Source: Patescibacteria group bacterium (GTDB lineage Bacteria > Patescibacteriota > Microgenomatia > PFEM01 > JBHPGO01). From it: a DNA stretch of 64,000 bases. The stretch's first letter is position 1. The number at the start of each line of letters is the position of its first letter. Of this stretch, positions 45,815 to 55,914 are shown piece by piece. The position numbers and the translations under genes were made by a program. The DNA is taken from contig JBHPGO010000001.1 in assembly GCA_042570465.1 (NCBI GenBank), positions 1,656-65,655 on the forward strand, read 5' to 3'. The notes under the pieces are model-generated. The model searched no databases. It saw only the letters and a list, made by a program, of their open reading frames with translations, and was not told where the DNA came from.

Positions 45815-47152
45815 TTACTGCCGCTCAATGGTATAAACGATCGGGTGAAAAAGAAAAATTGCCGGTGTTTCTTCAACAATAAAGCGCTGAAAATCATCAT
45901 AAAATTTTTCTCTTTCCTTTTGGTTAAGGGTTTTTCTTCCATCTTCAAGAAGTTTGTCAATTTTTGGGTTCTTGTAGCCAGTGATATTATTTACCTGAGT
46001 TGAATGCCAAAAAGAATATTGGTCCGGATCAATCGGAATAGTTTGGGTGAGTAGTAAAACCTCAAAATCTTCCTCCAAAGTGCTGGCAAGCCTGACCTTG
46101 GTTTCTATTCCTAGTTGCAGCCAGTCTGAGGCAATTTTTTCAGCTTCTTTCAGCAGTGAGGGAGTGGTCGTCAATACTATTTCAATTTTTTCTTGACCTT
46201 CTTCATCTTCTTCAAAAGATTTTTTGAACAAAGTTTTGGCGTTTTCAAGGTCATAATCATAGTCCTTCACAGAAGGGTTGTAGGCCCAGGAGAGGGGCGA
46301 GATGGGGCTAATCGCTCTCGAGGACCAATCTTTTTTAATCGAATAGGCTAATGCTTGTCGAAAAGACTTGTCTGACAACCTGTTTGATTGGGTATTAAAA
46401 AAGAGAGCCACATATTGGTTTTTCTCAACTTTTTCGGTGATCTTAATCTCTGGCCAAAGCTCAAATTTTTCAGAGGAATTGATATTTTTAAGAGTGTCAA
46501 TCTCGCCAAGCTTAAAGGCAGTGATCGCCGCTGTCTCATTGGGGTATAGGCGGTAGTTAAGAATGGGTTTTGAACTATCATTTGGAACTAGGATAATTTC
46601 TTCAACGATTTCTCCTTGCCGAGAAAGCGACTTGACCCTGTACTCCCCAACCCCCACTAAGCCTTTTTTAAAGACCGGCCGAGAAACAATCGTTGGAAAT
46701 GGAGAAAATGGTTCCAATAGTTGAAAAACTAGTGTTTTTTCATTGATGACGGTCGTCGTCACGTCTGAAAAATTATAGTTAATCTCTTTGGCTGTCAGTG
46801 GCGATCCGTCTTGCCAGTATAAATTTTCCTTAAGGGTAAAATGATACTCTTTACCTGATTTTTTGGCTGACCATGAACCAGCCAATGATGGCTCGACTTC
46901 TTTACTGGCATTTATCTTGGTTAAGCCAAGGCTAATCTTCTCTTGGATCTCCAAGGGAAGATTGCTGGCCTGAAAACGACCAACCAGACCAATTCTTTCA
47001 ATTTTTTTTTGAAAAACTTGAAAATAGAGTTTTGGGGCCAAATAAAAAATTAATCCGCCAACTATAAAACCAAGTAAGATGGTTCGACGTTGTTTTTTGA
47101 TAAAGACAGGAAAAAGACGAAAGTAATATCGGATTTTTTTGATCAGCTTCAT
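45815..47152 (-). CDS. ABC transporter substrate-binding protein family 5 (OppA/DppA-like)
   Basis: PSLA.SW, F.LKENLYWQDG.PLTA, FRQALAY, IVEETPAIFL. Confidence 0.9.
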   Translation of the reverse strand: MKLIKKIRYYFRLFPVFIKKQRRTILLGFIVGGLIFYLAPKLYFQVFQKKIERIGLVGRFQASNLPLEIQEKISLGLTKINASKEVEPSLAGSWSAKKSGKEYHFTLKENLYWQDGSPLTAKEINYNFSDVTTTVINEKTLVFQLLEPFSPFPTIVSRPVFKKGLVGVGEYRVKSLSRQGEIVEEIILVPNDSSKPILNYRLYPNETAAITAFKLGEIDTLKNINSSEKFELWPEIKITEKVEKNQYVALFFNTQSNRLSDKSFRQALAYSIKKDWSSRAISPISPLSWAYNPSVKDYDYDLENAKTLFKKSFEEDEEGQEKIEIVLTTTPSLLKEAEKIASDWLQLGIETKVRLASTLEEDFEVLLLTQTIPIDPDQYSFWHSTQVNNITGYKNPKIDKLLEDGRKTLNQKEREKFYDDFQRFIVEETPAIFLFHPIVYTIERQ

Positions 47153-47364
47153 ACCAAAAGACTAGCCACCGAAGAAAGAAAAAACAAAACTCCAAGAACA
47201 ATGGTGGCCAGAAAAAGAATTCTTTCGACCCCTCTTTTAGAACGATAAGATTCCCCTCCCCCACCAAAGGCACTTCCTAAGCCAGTTCCCCGAGACTGAA
47301 GAACAACAGCCACAATCAGCGAAACCGAAATTATTATTTGAAAAATGACAATGATATTTTTCAT
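47149..47364 (-). CDS. secG: Preprotein translocase subunit SecG
   Basis: VVLQSRGTGLGSAFGG..YRSKRGVERILF.ATI. Confidence 0.92.
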   Translation of the reverse strand: MKNIIVIFQIIISVSLIVAVVLQSRGTGLGSAFGGGGESYRSKRGVERILFLATIVLGVLFFLSSVASLLV

Positions 47365-47789
47365 TTTCTTAACCAAAAAAGAAAGCTAATAATCAGACTA
47401 ATGACAAAAGACGTTAAAATAAAGACTCCAAAAATACCGAGATTAAGGGAGGGTATCACAAATCCTTGATAAGTATAGCCCTTAAAAAGATAGGCTTTGA
47501 TTTCAAACTGGGGAACAATCAGAGTCACCAGGTAAAGAGTGACGACGTTGATCAGCCAACGAAAAGCTCCCAGAGTTAGTAAATTAACCGGTAAAAATAA
47601 GAGCTTAATCAAAGGCCTGACAAAAAGATTGACCAAGGTTAGGACCAGGCCGGCTAGAAAAAGAGTTTTGTAACCTCCCAGAAGGGTAACGCCTTCAAGC
47701 ATGTAGGAAGTAATTTTCAAAGCCGCCAAATTATAGACATATGAGCGAAAATGTTTTTTAATCTTCATCTTTAATTGAAACAGGCACAA
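47361..47789 (-). CDS. Phage holin family 4 / YvlD-like membrane protein
   Basis: VNLFVRPLIKLLFLPVNLLTLGAFRWLIN. Confidence 0.88.
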   Translation of the reverse strand: MCLFQLKMKIKKHFRSYVYNLAALKITSYMLEGVTLLGGYKTLFLAGLVLTLVNLFVRPLIKLLFLPVNLLTLGAFRWLINVVTLYLVTLIVPQFEIKAYLFKGYTYQGFVIPSLNLGIFGVFILTSFVISLIISFLFWLRK

Positions 47790-47792
47790 AGA

Positions 47793-49655
47793 TTATTTTC
47801 TTTGCCTTTTATTTTTAACACGCAAGGCTAGAAAAGTCAAAGAAATGATCAATAAAATTCCGGGCAAAACTCTTTCAATTATCAATGAACCCAGTCTTAA
47901 AGAATAGGAAAAACTTTGATCATTGATCAAGGCTTTAATCTCTCTTTTCTGAATTTTTACTGATCGGGAGGTAATTTCGATTGGAATTTGAGCTTGTCCA
48001 AATGGCAAAAGGGTCTTGATTTGTTTTGTAATTGGCTGAGAACCATCACTCAAATGTATTTCGATCGGTAGTTGGTAAACTGCGCTCGGACCAAAATTTT
48101 TGACAATAATTTGACCTTGACCACCAAGCTCTGAAAATATTGTTTTACTAAAATCAAAGACAATATTGAGCTTATTTGGATTTTCTTCATGAAATCGCCC
48201 AAAATTGACCTGAACATCCTTGGAATCAAGACCACCTGATTTATAAGAACCTGCCGGAAGAGGTTTTTGACTGTCTTGCCCATGAATTACAAAAGCAAAA
48301 TGATTCATGTCAAACTTATGAAAATAATCAGTTCCGCCGGTCGTTTTTGCCCAGGTTGGATCGACCGGTACCCAAAGGTTCTTTTCATCATCATAGTACT
48401 CTGGCCATGAGTGAAGAATGTCGGTTACCAAACCAAGGGGTTTAAGTTTTGAATTAGTTGTGTAGGCAAAGCCATTAATTTCCCTGGCCGGAATTCCGAT
48501 CGACCTGGCTAAGGTGATAAACAAGTCAGTAAACTCAGTGCAAATGGCGTCTTGGGGCTTTCCTAAGGCTCCAAGAGCTCCCAAGCGCTTTGAAGGCTTA
48601 TCGACCAGCTCATAATTATATTCCAAATAATTTACCACAAAATCAAAAACTTCTTCAATAGACTCCAAACGCTGGCTGATCTCAACAATCATTGGGTCTT
48701 TAACCGGCCAATATTCACTTTCCGCTAAATTTGATTCAAGCCCCTTCAAGCTTGGGGAAAAATTTTCTGAAAGAGGAGCGATTGGATCAGAAAAAACTTT
48801 GACATACCCAGTTAAGACAACGTTGATATTTTCCTCTCCTTTTAGCTGATAGGAGGCCAACCAATTACCATCAGAATCTTTTTCAATAATTTCTGGCTGG
48901 GGCTCAAGCTGCTCGAAATATACTTTTTGGTAGCTGGTGTCCGGGGGCAGGGCAATTTTAGTCTGGGCCGAAATTAATCCCGTGTTTTGGAGATGATAGG
49001 TTAAGGAAAAGTCAAATATTTGAAAATTCCCAAAAGCAGCCCTGACTCCTGAATGAAGCTGGTTCTTTTTAAATTCAAATCGGTGCCACTGGTCATTGCT
49101 TTCAAAATCAAGCGGTTGAGGAGAAGCATAGGCTAATTTTCCGAATTCAACAGGAACCCTTAATGAAAGCTGGTAATCGTTAATGTTTTCAGGGTTGAGC
49201 AATCTCGGCAGATTGATTTCCCAGATCTGTCCGATTTTTGTCACAACCGAAGCTTGTTCGTAACTGAGAAGAACAGTTTGCTCATTACCTTTGCCGACTA
49301 TTTTTTGGTTAAAAATTAATTTAATGGTCGTTAAGCTATTTCCTTTCTTGACTTCTGTTTTTATTGGACCCAAATTGTCTGAGGCACTAATATTTTCCAG
49401 CTGATCAGTTTTCAAGTTAAGAGTTAGACTATTGGCATAAGTCGAAGAATTTAAGTTTTTCAAAGAAATTTCCTGCACAACTTGAGCTTTTCCAGAGGGA
49501 TCAATTTCATAACTAACCAGGTAAGATGATTCAAATTCAGTAGAGGCCAAGACTGTCGATGGCCAAGCAGCTGAGATAAAACCAAAAACTAGTGCCAGCA
49601 AGACTAACTTAAATTGCTTGAACCGATTAATAAGACTAGACATTTTTCTTCTCAT
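47793..49655 (-). CDS. Transglutaminase-like domain protein
   Basis: CTEFTDLF...GIPAR, HSWPE, DPTW catalytic triad; signal peptide and C-terminal TM. Confidence 0.9.
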   Translation of the reverse strand: MRRKMSSLINRFKQFKLVLLALVFGFISAAWPSTVLASTEFESSYLVSYEIDPSGKAQVVQEISLKNLNSSTYANSLTLNLKTDQLENISASDNLGPIKTEVKKGNSLTTIKLIFNQKIVGKGNEQTVLLSYEQASVVTKIGQIWEINLPRLLNPENINDYQLSLRVPVEFGKLAYASPQPLDFESNDQWHRFEFKKNQLHSGVRAAFGNFQIFDFSLTYHLQNTGLISAQTKIALPPDTSYQKVYFEQLEPQPEIIEKDSDGNWLASYQLKGEENINVVLTGYVKVFSDPIAPLSENFSPSLKGLESNLAESEYWPVKDPMIVEISQRLESIEEVFDFVVNYLEYNYELVDKPSKRLGALGALGKPQDAICTEFTDLFITLARSIGIPAREINGFAYTTNSKLKPLGLVTDILHSWPEYYDDEKNLWVPVDPTWAKTTGGTDYFHKFDMNHFAFVIHGQDSQKPLPAGSYKSGGLDSKDVQVNFGRFHEENPNKLNIVFDFSKTIFSELGGQGQIIVKNFGPSAVYQLPIEIHLSDGSQPITKQIKTLLPFGQAQIPIEITSRSVKIQKREIKALINDQSFSYSLRLGSLIIERVLPGILLIISLTFLALRVKNKRQRK

Positions 49656-49756
49656 TCCTAGAAAAATTTTAACTCAACCTCTTGGCGACATCCAGGGGCA
49701 AAAATTGTCAAAAACTAGTCCTTGACAGCCGTTAAAACTTCGGGTAATCTTAGGGT

Positions 49757-50371
49757 ATGCCAGTAACAATTTATCGCCGCCAAAAGCAAATTCTCGACTT
49801 TCTCGTTCAATATATCCAAAAATACGGATTTTCCCCAACCCTTTCTGAAATTGCAAAAGCGATCGGTGTCTCTTCTTTGGCCACAGTTCATGAACATCTT
49901 TCAAGTTTGGTAAAAAAGGGCCTTGTCAAGCGCTATGAAGGCGCAGTCAGAGGAATTGAGGTTATCAACCAAAAAATTGCTCAAATTACTGAAGGGATTG
50001 AATTGCCGGTCTTGGGCTTTATCGCCGCCGGAAAGCCGATTGAACCCTTCACTGACCCTAATGCGACTCTCTCGGTTTCTCCGAGCATGATTTCCGGAAA
50101 AAAAAGAGCTTTTGTTCTTAAAGTTAAGGGGGAGTCAATGATTGATGATGGGATTTTGGATGGTGACTATGTGGTTGTTGAACAACAAGATGAAGTTAAC
50201 AATGGTGAGATAGCGGTTGCCTTACTGGAAAATGGCTTTGCGACCCTCAAGCGATTTTTTAAGGAGGCCACTCGGATCAGATTAGAGCCGGCCAATTCTC
50301 AAATGTCACCTATTTTTGCCAAGAGTGTCAAAATTCAGGGCAAAGTCGTCGGAGTAATTCGCCGTTTCTAG
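49757..50371 (+). CDS. lexA: SOS repressor LexA
   Basis: PTLSEIA HTH, IAAG cleavage site, GESM, TLKR. Confidence 0.96.
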   Translation: MPVTIYRRQKQILDFLVQYIQKYGFSPTLSEIAKAIGVSSLATVHEHLSSLVKKGLVKRYEGAVRGIEVINQKIAQITEGIELPVLGFIAAGKPIEPFTDPNATLSVSPSMISGKKRAFVLKVKGESMIDDGILDGDYVVVEQQDEVNNGEIAVALLENGFATLKRFFKEATRIRLEPANSQMSPIFAKSVKIQGKVVGVIRRF

Positions 50372-50380
50372 GGGACGAGA

Positions 50381-51013
50381 TCAATTTATCTTCAACTTCT
50401 TTTTAGCCATCGCCCATAAAGGTTGGCGGTACTCTTTCCAGAAGTGGTAAAGACCCGGTGAGGCTGAAACTAAAATGACAACCAGGATGATCAAGTGAAA
50501 GTATTTCTCTATTCCAGGAATTGTGCTGCCCAATAAGTAGCCACCCAAGGTAGTTGAGCCAACCCAAATAATTCCCCCGATAACATTGAAAAATAAAAAT
50601 CGACGGTACTCCATTTTGCCAATTCCAGCCACAATCGGGGCAAAAGTCCTGATAAACGGCATAAATCGGGCAATAATTATTGTTTTGCCGCCGTGCTTTT
50701 CGTAGAACTGGTTGGCCCGGATAATATTTTTCTTATGAAAAAGGAGAGAGTCTTCTTTTTTAAAAATTTTTGGGCCGGTTTTTTTACCAAACCAATAACC
50801 AACGCTATCACCACTAATAGCAGCGATTATCCCCCCAATCAATAAGACGGTAATGTCGAGAAAATTTTGTGAAGCCAGCAAACCGGCGGTAATCAAAAGA
50901 CTGTCACCAGGAAAGAAGAAACCAAATAATAAACCTGACTCAGCAAAAACCATGCCAAAAATACCAAAATAGCCAGTCGTCATAATGATTTCTTTAAGAT
51001 CGAAATGTGGCAT
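50381..51013 (-). CDS. dedA: DedA family membrane protein
   Basis: FAESGL..GFFFPGDSLL, ARFMPFIRTFAP. Confidence 0.93.
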   Translation of the reverse strand: MPHFDLKEIIMTTGYFGIFGMVFAESGLLFGFFFPGDSLLITAGLLASQNFLDITVLLIGGIIAAISGDSVGYWFGKKTGPKIFKKEDSLLFHKKNIIRANQFYEKHGGKTIIIARFMPFIRTFAPIVAGIGKMEYRRFLFFNVIGGIIWVGSTTLGGYLLGSTIPGIEKYFHLIILVVILVSASPGLYHFWKEYRQPLWAMAKKKLKIN

Positions 51014-51164
51014 GGGTATGATTGAAAGTAATTATTTTGATAATTAAAATTTTGAATTTGGATATTGTTTTGGTTTTAGAAATTAGAGCTTAGTATTTGC
51101 TGTCACAAAACTCAGACTTTCAAATATTAACAGAGATTGGGCATTTAATTCAAGAGGTTTTACT

Positions 51165-51404
51165 TTATTTATCTACCCTTAAAGCCAAATCAGGACAAGT
51201 TGTTTCACAAATTCCGCAAAAGGTGCACTTTTTAATGTCTATTTCAACTGAAGGAGTGCCATAAACTCCAACCTTATCTTTGGAAAAAGAGATGGCTCCA
51301 AAAGGGCATTTTTCAAGGCAAAGTCCACAGCCCTTGCAAAGACCAAGAAATAAGGTGACTTTTTTCTTTTGGTTGGCGACGGTTATTGGCTTGAAATTTT
51401 TCAT
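51165..51404 (-). CDS. 2-oxoacid:ferredoxin oxidoreductase delta subunit (2x[4Fe-4S])
   Basis: CKGCGLC..KCP and CTFCGIC..TCP. Confidence 0.92.
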   Translation of the reverse strand: MKNFKPITVANQKKKVTLFLGLCKGCGLCLEKCPFGAISFSKDKVGVYGTPSVEIDIKKCTFCGICETTCPDLALRVDK

Positions 51405-51886
51405 CCTTCAAGTGCCTCCAGATCAATTTTTTTCAGTTGAGGGTCTTTTTCAAAGTACTTAGCAAAACGAGTCGTCAGCGCCTTAAGTAAATTCGCTGGC
51501 TGGACAAACTTACCCTGGCGATTAACTTCACCTAAAACAACCACGTTATAAGCCTTAGGAGGGCTTTTTGTTTGAAGCCCCTTTTTAACCGCCGGCCCTA
51601 AAATAACCTTGGTTTGAGGACCGATAAACGGTTGGGCTCTTTCGACCGAGCGATCGGAAAGAATGGCCAAGCAATCGGCCTTTTCAAACTTTGGGTAAAC
51701 AATTTCAGCTGAGCTGATAATCACAAAAGCCAATGAGACTCCACCTCTTTGTTCAACTCCAAAATTAGGGATATAACTGGCGTCTTTGCCCTCGGCAATG
51801 GCGGCTTTAGCCAATATTTCAGCAATGACCTGAACACCTTGGCCCCCTTCTCCGGCAAATAGTATTTTCTTTCGTGTTTGACTCAT
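51401..51886 (-). CDS. 2-oxoacid:ferredoxin oxidoreductase gamma subunit
   Basis: AGEGGQGV, FGVEQRGGVS. Confidence 0.92.
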   Translation of the reverse strand: MSQTRKKILFAGEGGQGVQVIAEILAKAAIAEGKDASYIPNFGVEQRGGVSLAFVIISSAEIVYPKFEKADCLAILSDRSVERAQPFIGPQTKVILGPAVKKGLQTKSPPKAYNVVVLGEVNRQGKFVQPANLLKALTTRFAKYFEKDPQLKKIDLEALEG

Positions 51887-51887
51887 C

Positions 51888-52622
51888 TTATTTTTTGATT
51901 TCTCCGAGTTGGAATATATTTTCTAATTCATTGACTCTTTTAATCGTCTCTTTGGCATTAGTTTTCCAATTAAGCGGGCAAGCAGACAAAGATTCAACTA
52001 AAGAAAAGTTGCCCTCAAGTTGAGCTTGAATCGCTTTTTTTAGGTATTGCTTTAAAACAATTGATTTTTCAGTTGATCCCCTGGCTAAATAGGCGTCCTT
52101 ATGGTTTAGCCATGAAAGAGTTTCCGGCCCATGCAAGACCTTGCCTCTTTTTTTGGGGTCTCGACCTTTGGGAGTGGTGGTGGTCACTTCTTGAGCGGTC
52201 GTTGTCGGGGCCATCTGACCACCAGTCATTGCGTATAAGGTGTTGTTGACCACAATCGTCGTGATTGGGTCATTGCGAAGACAAGCGCTCATCACATGTT
52301 GTAGGCCAATCGCGTATCCCCCACCATCACCAACATAAGCAAAAACTATTTTTTTCGGATTGGCTTTTTTGAAACCAACGGCGGTGGGAACGGTTCTTCC
52401 ATGATGAGTTTGGGAAGTGGGTAGATCAAAAAAGTCCCAGGCCAGTAAAGAGCAACCAATATCGATCAAAAAGATGGCCTTGTCAGCGATATTGAGCTCA
52501 TCGATCACTTGACCCAAGGTTTTCAAGACTATCGGGTGCCCACAGCCCGGGCAAAATTTATGCGGCTTAGAATCTGCCTGAACACATTTAGGAAATCTGG
52601 GTTCTAAAGTTTGCTTGTTCAT
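51888..52622 (-). CDS. 2-oxoacid:ferredoxin oxidoreductase beta (TPP-binding) subunit
   Basis: FCPGCGH, IGC, HGR, GDG..NN..Y.MTGGQ, CP. Confidence 0.93.
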   Translation of the reverse strand: MNKQTLEPRFPKCVQADSKPHKFCPGCGHPIVLKTLGQVIDELNIADKAIFLIDIGCSLLAWDFFDLPTSQTHHGRTVPTAVGFKKANPKKIVFAYVGDGGGYAIGLQHVMSACLRNDPITTIVVNNTLYAMTGGQMAPTTTAQEVTTTTPKGRDPKKRGKVLHGPETLSWLNHKDAYLARGSTEKSIVLKQYLKKAIQAQLEGNFSLVESLSACPLNWKTNAKETIKRVNELENIFQLGEIKK

Positions 52623-52647
52623 TTGACGATCAAGATAGTTTAAATAA

Positions 52648-53694
52648 TTAAGATAATGCTTTTTGTGTTAATTTAACAATTTCTTCAGGGGTAAACCCCA
52701 CCGCTGGTTTATTGACTTCAAGAAGCAGCGGACCACTGTGATAGAATTCATTTTTGAAAAGTTCAGCTAACTGCCCCAAAGCAGATTCAAAAACAATGAT
52801 TTTTTTAACTTTTTTAAGATATTTTTTCGCTTGAGAGCTGGGAAATGGCCGGAGGGTGATTGGCCTGAAAAGACCAACTTTTAGACCCTTTTTCCTTAAA
52901 ATTCTAACTGCCTCTTTGACAGCCGCCCCGACAATCCCGTGAGCCAAAAGCATGACTTGAGCATCGGCCATTTCGTAGGCTTCACTTTCCTCTATTTCGG
53001 GTCGGATTTTTTCAAAATCTTGATAATAGTCCAGGATAACTCGGCCAATTTCCTCTTCAAGATTATAACAATTTCTAAGATTAACTCCTTTTTTAAGAAT
53101 TGGCTTAAATAATGACTTTTTTACTTTGGGCTTGTTTAAGCTTACTAAACCCTTGGTTTTTCCTTGATAGCCGTCAGCCAAAATAAAGGTAGGGTAACGG
53201 TATTTCCAGGCAACCTCAAAGGCCTTAATAGTCAAGTCATAAAGATCTTGAAGACCAGCGGTGGAGTAAACAATCCGAAAGCCTTCTCCATTGCCCCCAA
53301 AACATGTTAGGCGAACCTCTTCTTGGGAATAGATGACAGTCGAAGTTGAAAGTCCGCCCCGTTGGACGATCATGGCCACTGTCGGAATCCTTAAGGCTTC
53401 GGCCATAGAAAAGGCGTCTTGCATCAAAACATTTCCCGGACCAGCGGTGGCCGTAAAAGTAGGGGTCCCAGCCAGACAAGCCCCAATCGTGGAAAATCCG
53501 GCCGACATTTCATCTTCAGTCTGCATAAAATCGATTTTTTTGTCTTCTTGGCAAAGCTTAACCCAAGTTTCAAGGATTTCTGAAGCTGGAGTGATCGGGT
53601 AACCAAACATTAACTTGGCCCCTGCGTCTTTAGCGGCCATCGCCAAAACCTTATTGCCCATCATGAATTTTTTATCCATCGTTTTATCCATCAT
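52648..53694 (-). CDS. 2-oxoacid:ferredoxin oxidoreductase alpha subunit
   Basis: GYPITPASEI, EDE, TATAGPG, FRPITLRPFP. Confidence 0.93.
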   Translation of the reverse strand: MMDKTMDKKFMMGNKVLAMAAKDAGAKLMFGYPITPASEILETWVKLCQEDKKIDFMQTEDEMSAGFSTIGACLAGTPTFTATAGPGNVLMQDAFSMAEALRIPTVAMIVQRGGLSTSTVIYSQEEVRLTCFGGNGEGFRIVYSTAGLQDLYDLTIKAFEVAWKYRYPTFILADGYQGKTKGLVSLNKPKVKKSLFKPILKKGVNLRNCYNLEEEIGRVILDYYQDFEKIRPEIEESEAYEMADAQVMLLAHGIVGAAVKEAVRILRKKGLKVGLFRPITLRPFPSSQAKKYLKKVKKIIVFESALGQLAELFKNEFYHSGPLLLEVNKPAVGFTPEEIVKLTQKALS

Positions 53695-53753
53695 TGTATC
53701 TATCGTTGTATAATGATTATGAACAATGTATTAAAAAACATCAAGAAGCATTT

Positions 53754-53787
53754 CACACCCGATGTGATTCTCTATTTGCACATCGGG
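53754..53787. repeat. REP doublet upstream of RAYT
   Basis: cacacccgatgtg...cacatcggg. Confidence 0.85.
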
Positions 53788-53829
53788 AGCTTACGCGAGA
53801 AATATTAACATTAAATTATTTTAAATCTG

Positions 53830-54507
53830 ATGCCAATAAGAGAAACTCCCTTGATAAATAACGAAATCTATCATTTATTCAATCGAGGTGTTGACAGTTG
53901 TCCGACCTTTTTGACCTCTGTAGATTACCGGCGTTTTCTAAAAACAATCAATTTTTATCGATACTTTCCTCTTCCTGTCAGGTTAAGCCAATTTCTGGAT
54001 TACTCTATTAAAGAAAAAGAAAATATTTTGAATGACTTAGCCAGTAGCATGAAGGATCAGGTCTCAATATTATCTTTTTGCCTTATGCCCAATCACTACC
54101 ATATTCTTGCAAGACAGATAAAAGATAACGGCATTTCAAACTTTTTAAGGCTGGTTCAAAACAGCTACACAAAATACTTTAATATTAAAAAAGAAAGAAT
54201 CGGACCGTTGTTCCAGGGTCCTTTTAAAGTTGTCAGGGTAGAAACTGACGAACAACTAATCCATCTCTCCAGATACATCCACCTTAATCCCTATTCTTCA
54301 TATGTGGTCAAATCAATTGAGGATCTGGTAAAATATCCCTGGTCTTCTTTCACAAATTATCTTGGGAAAAATAGCCATCAATTTGTAAATAAACGATTTG
54401 TATTAGGAATGTTTAAAAGCAAAAGAGAATATCAAAATTTTGTGTTTAACCAAGCAGATTACCAAAGACAATTTGAGATTATTAAACATCTAGCCTGGGA
54501 ACATTAG
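53830..54507 (+). mobile_element. REP-associated tyrosine transposase (RAYT, Y1 HUH family)
   Basis: YHLFNRG, FCLMPNHYHIL (HUH), GPLFQGPFK, YIHLNP, YPWSS; inverted REP doublets on both sides. Confidence 0.92.
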
Positions 54508-54508
54508 T

Positions 54509-54542
54509 CCCGATGTAGGGAACCTGTTTCACATCGGGTGTG
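54509..54542. repeat. REP doublet downstream of RAYT
   Basis: cccgatgtagggaacctgtttcacatcgggtgtg. Confidence 0.85.
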
Positions 54543-54550
54543 GAAAAACT

Positions 54551-55252
54551 ATGGGGTTATTGTACGTGGTGTCGACACCAATTGGAAATCTAAAAGATAT
54601 TACCTTAAGGGCGATTGAGGTTTTAAAGTCAGTGGATTACATTGCCTGCGAAGACACCAGAAAAACCGGTCAACTCTTAAAAACTATCCGTGGCGATCAA
54701 AAAGTTGAGATATCAAAAAAACCGCGACTAATTTCATATTTTGAGAATAATGAGGCCAGAAGAATCCCTCAAATCATTTCTTTACTAGAAGACGATTATT
54801 CCGTTGCCCTTGTTTCCAACGCCGGTACCCCAACCATAGCTGACCCTGGTTTTAAGCTTGTTAAAGAGTGCCTAGGGCTTGGCATCAGGGCTATTCCTAT
54901 CCCTGGACCTTCGGCGATATTAGCGGCTTTGGTGGCCTCAGGACTACCAACCGACAAGTTTTACTTTTGGGGTTTTTTACCGAAAAAAAGGGGAAAGAGG
55001 CAGAAATATCTGGAAAAGATTTTCAAAACAAACAAGACTTCTTCGGCAACTAACATTATCTTTCTAAGTCCCCATCGGCTTTTAAAAGAGTTAGAGGAAT
55101 TTAAAGGAGTTTTTGGCAACTCCTATGTTGTTATTTGCCAAGAACTAACTAAAATCCACGAGAAAGTTGAAAAAAATAAGGTGGACAAAATAATCGAAAA
55201 TTTCCAAAAACTAAAACTAAAAGGAGAGTTTGTCTTAGTTTTTAAAACATGA
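54551..55252 (+). CDS. rsmI: 16S rRNA C1402 2'-O-methyltransferase
   Basis: LYVVSTPIGNLKDITLRA, CEDTR, AGTPTIADPG, ELTKIHE, KGEF. Confidence 0.96.
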   Translation: MGLLYVVSTPIGNLKDITLRAIEVLKSVDYIACEDTRKTGQLLKTIRGDQKVEISKKPRLISYFENNEARRIPQIISLLEDDYSVALVSNAGTPTIADPGFKLVKECLGLGIRAIPIPGPSAILAALVASGLPTDKFYFWGFLPKKRGKRQKYLEKIFKTNKTSSATNIIFLSPHRLLKELEEFKGVFGNSYVVICQELTKIHEKVEKNKVDKIIENFQKLKLKGEFVLVFKT

Positions 55253-55291
55253 GTAAATGATAAGAAGAAATTGGGCAAGAGTTTTAAGGCT

Positions 55292-55555
55292 CTAGAACAT
55301 CTCTTTGCCGAATCTAGGACAATCAAATACTGTAGCTTGGTCTGGCCAATATTTACCGCTCTGAGTCGGACCAGAATAATCACGAAGAAGAGCTTTCTCT
55401 TCGTGATAATTCATAGGTTTTGCCTCGGATTTCCGCTTCAATAATCGAGCCTCGCCCATTTTCTCCCAGTCTTCATCATCTATTTCCCGCCAAAGCCTCT
55501 CCATTCTAATAATAGTCCATTTTAACTGATCAGTCTGTCCTTGCGGTGATTTCAT
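55292..55555 (-). CDS. Small hypothetical protein
   Basis: 87 aa ORF. Confidence 0.5.
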   Translation of the reverse strand: MKSPQGQTDQLKWTIIRMERLWREIDDEDWEKMGEARLLKRKSEAKPMNYHEEKALLRDYSGPTQSGKYWPDQATVFDCPRFGKEMF

Positions 55556-55582
55556 TTTTATAGACCTTTAAACCTTTAGTAG

Positions 55583-55852
55583 TTATTCACCAAATTCCAT
55601 AGGTTCTTGAGGGGTAATCGCTTGTTTAATTTCTTTTTCAAGACGATTTGAAAGAGCCAGTGCCTCTGCTCCAATATTAACGTAAACGATGGACAATCTT
55701 CGGTGTGGGGCTGTTTGAGCATTATCTTCACCAGCTTCTTCCTGAAGAAAACTTACTCTTCGAGACGAATCTTCTGCATGCAGGATTAAATTTTCGCCAA
55801 CTAATCTTAATGCTTCAGCTTCTGGATGAAGTATCTTTTCAGGACTACCCAT
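55583..55852 (-). CDS. Small hypothetical protein
   Basis: tataat 6 nt before ATG. Confidence 0.55.
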   Translation of the reverse strand: MGSPEKILHPEAEALRLVGENLILHAEDSSRRVSFLQEEAGEDNAQTAPHRRLSIVYVNIGAEALALSNRLEKEIKQAITPQEPMEFGE

Positions 55853-55914
55853 ATGGGAATTATATCAAAAAAAAATTTGGAGTCAAGGCATTGGGCCTAT
55901 GAATCGGTGATTTT

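Noticed and set aside
45395-45836. Five short overlapping ORFs
   Set aside because: Spurious frames over GC-rich tRNA and palindrome DNA; same for ORFs at 20399-20940, 24942-25515 and 39641-40317
47361-47789. Prophage suggested by holin-family gene
   Set aside because: Sits in a housekeeping context with secG and lexA; no phage genes nearby
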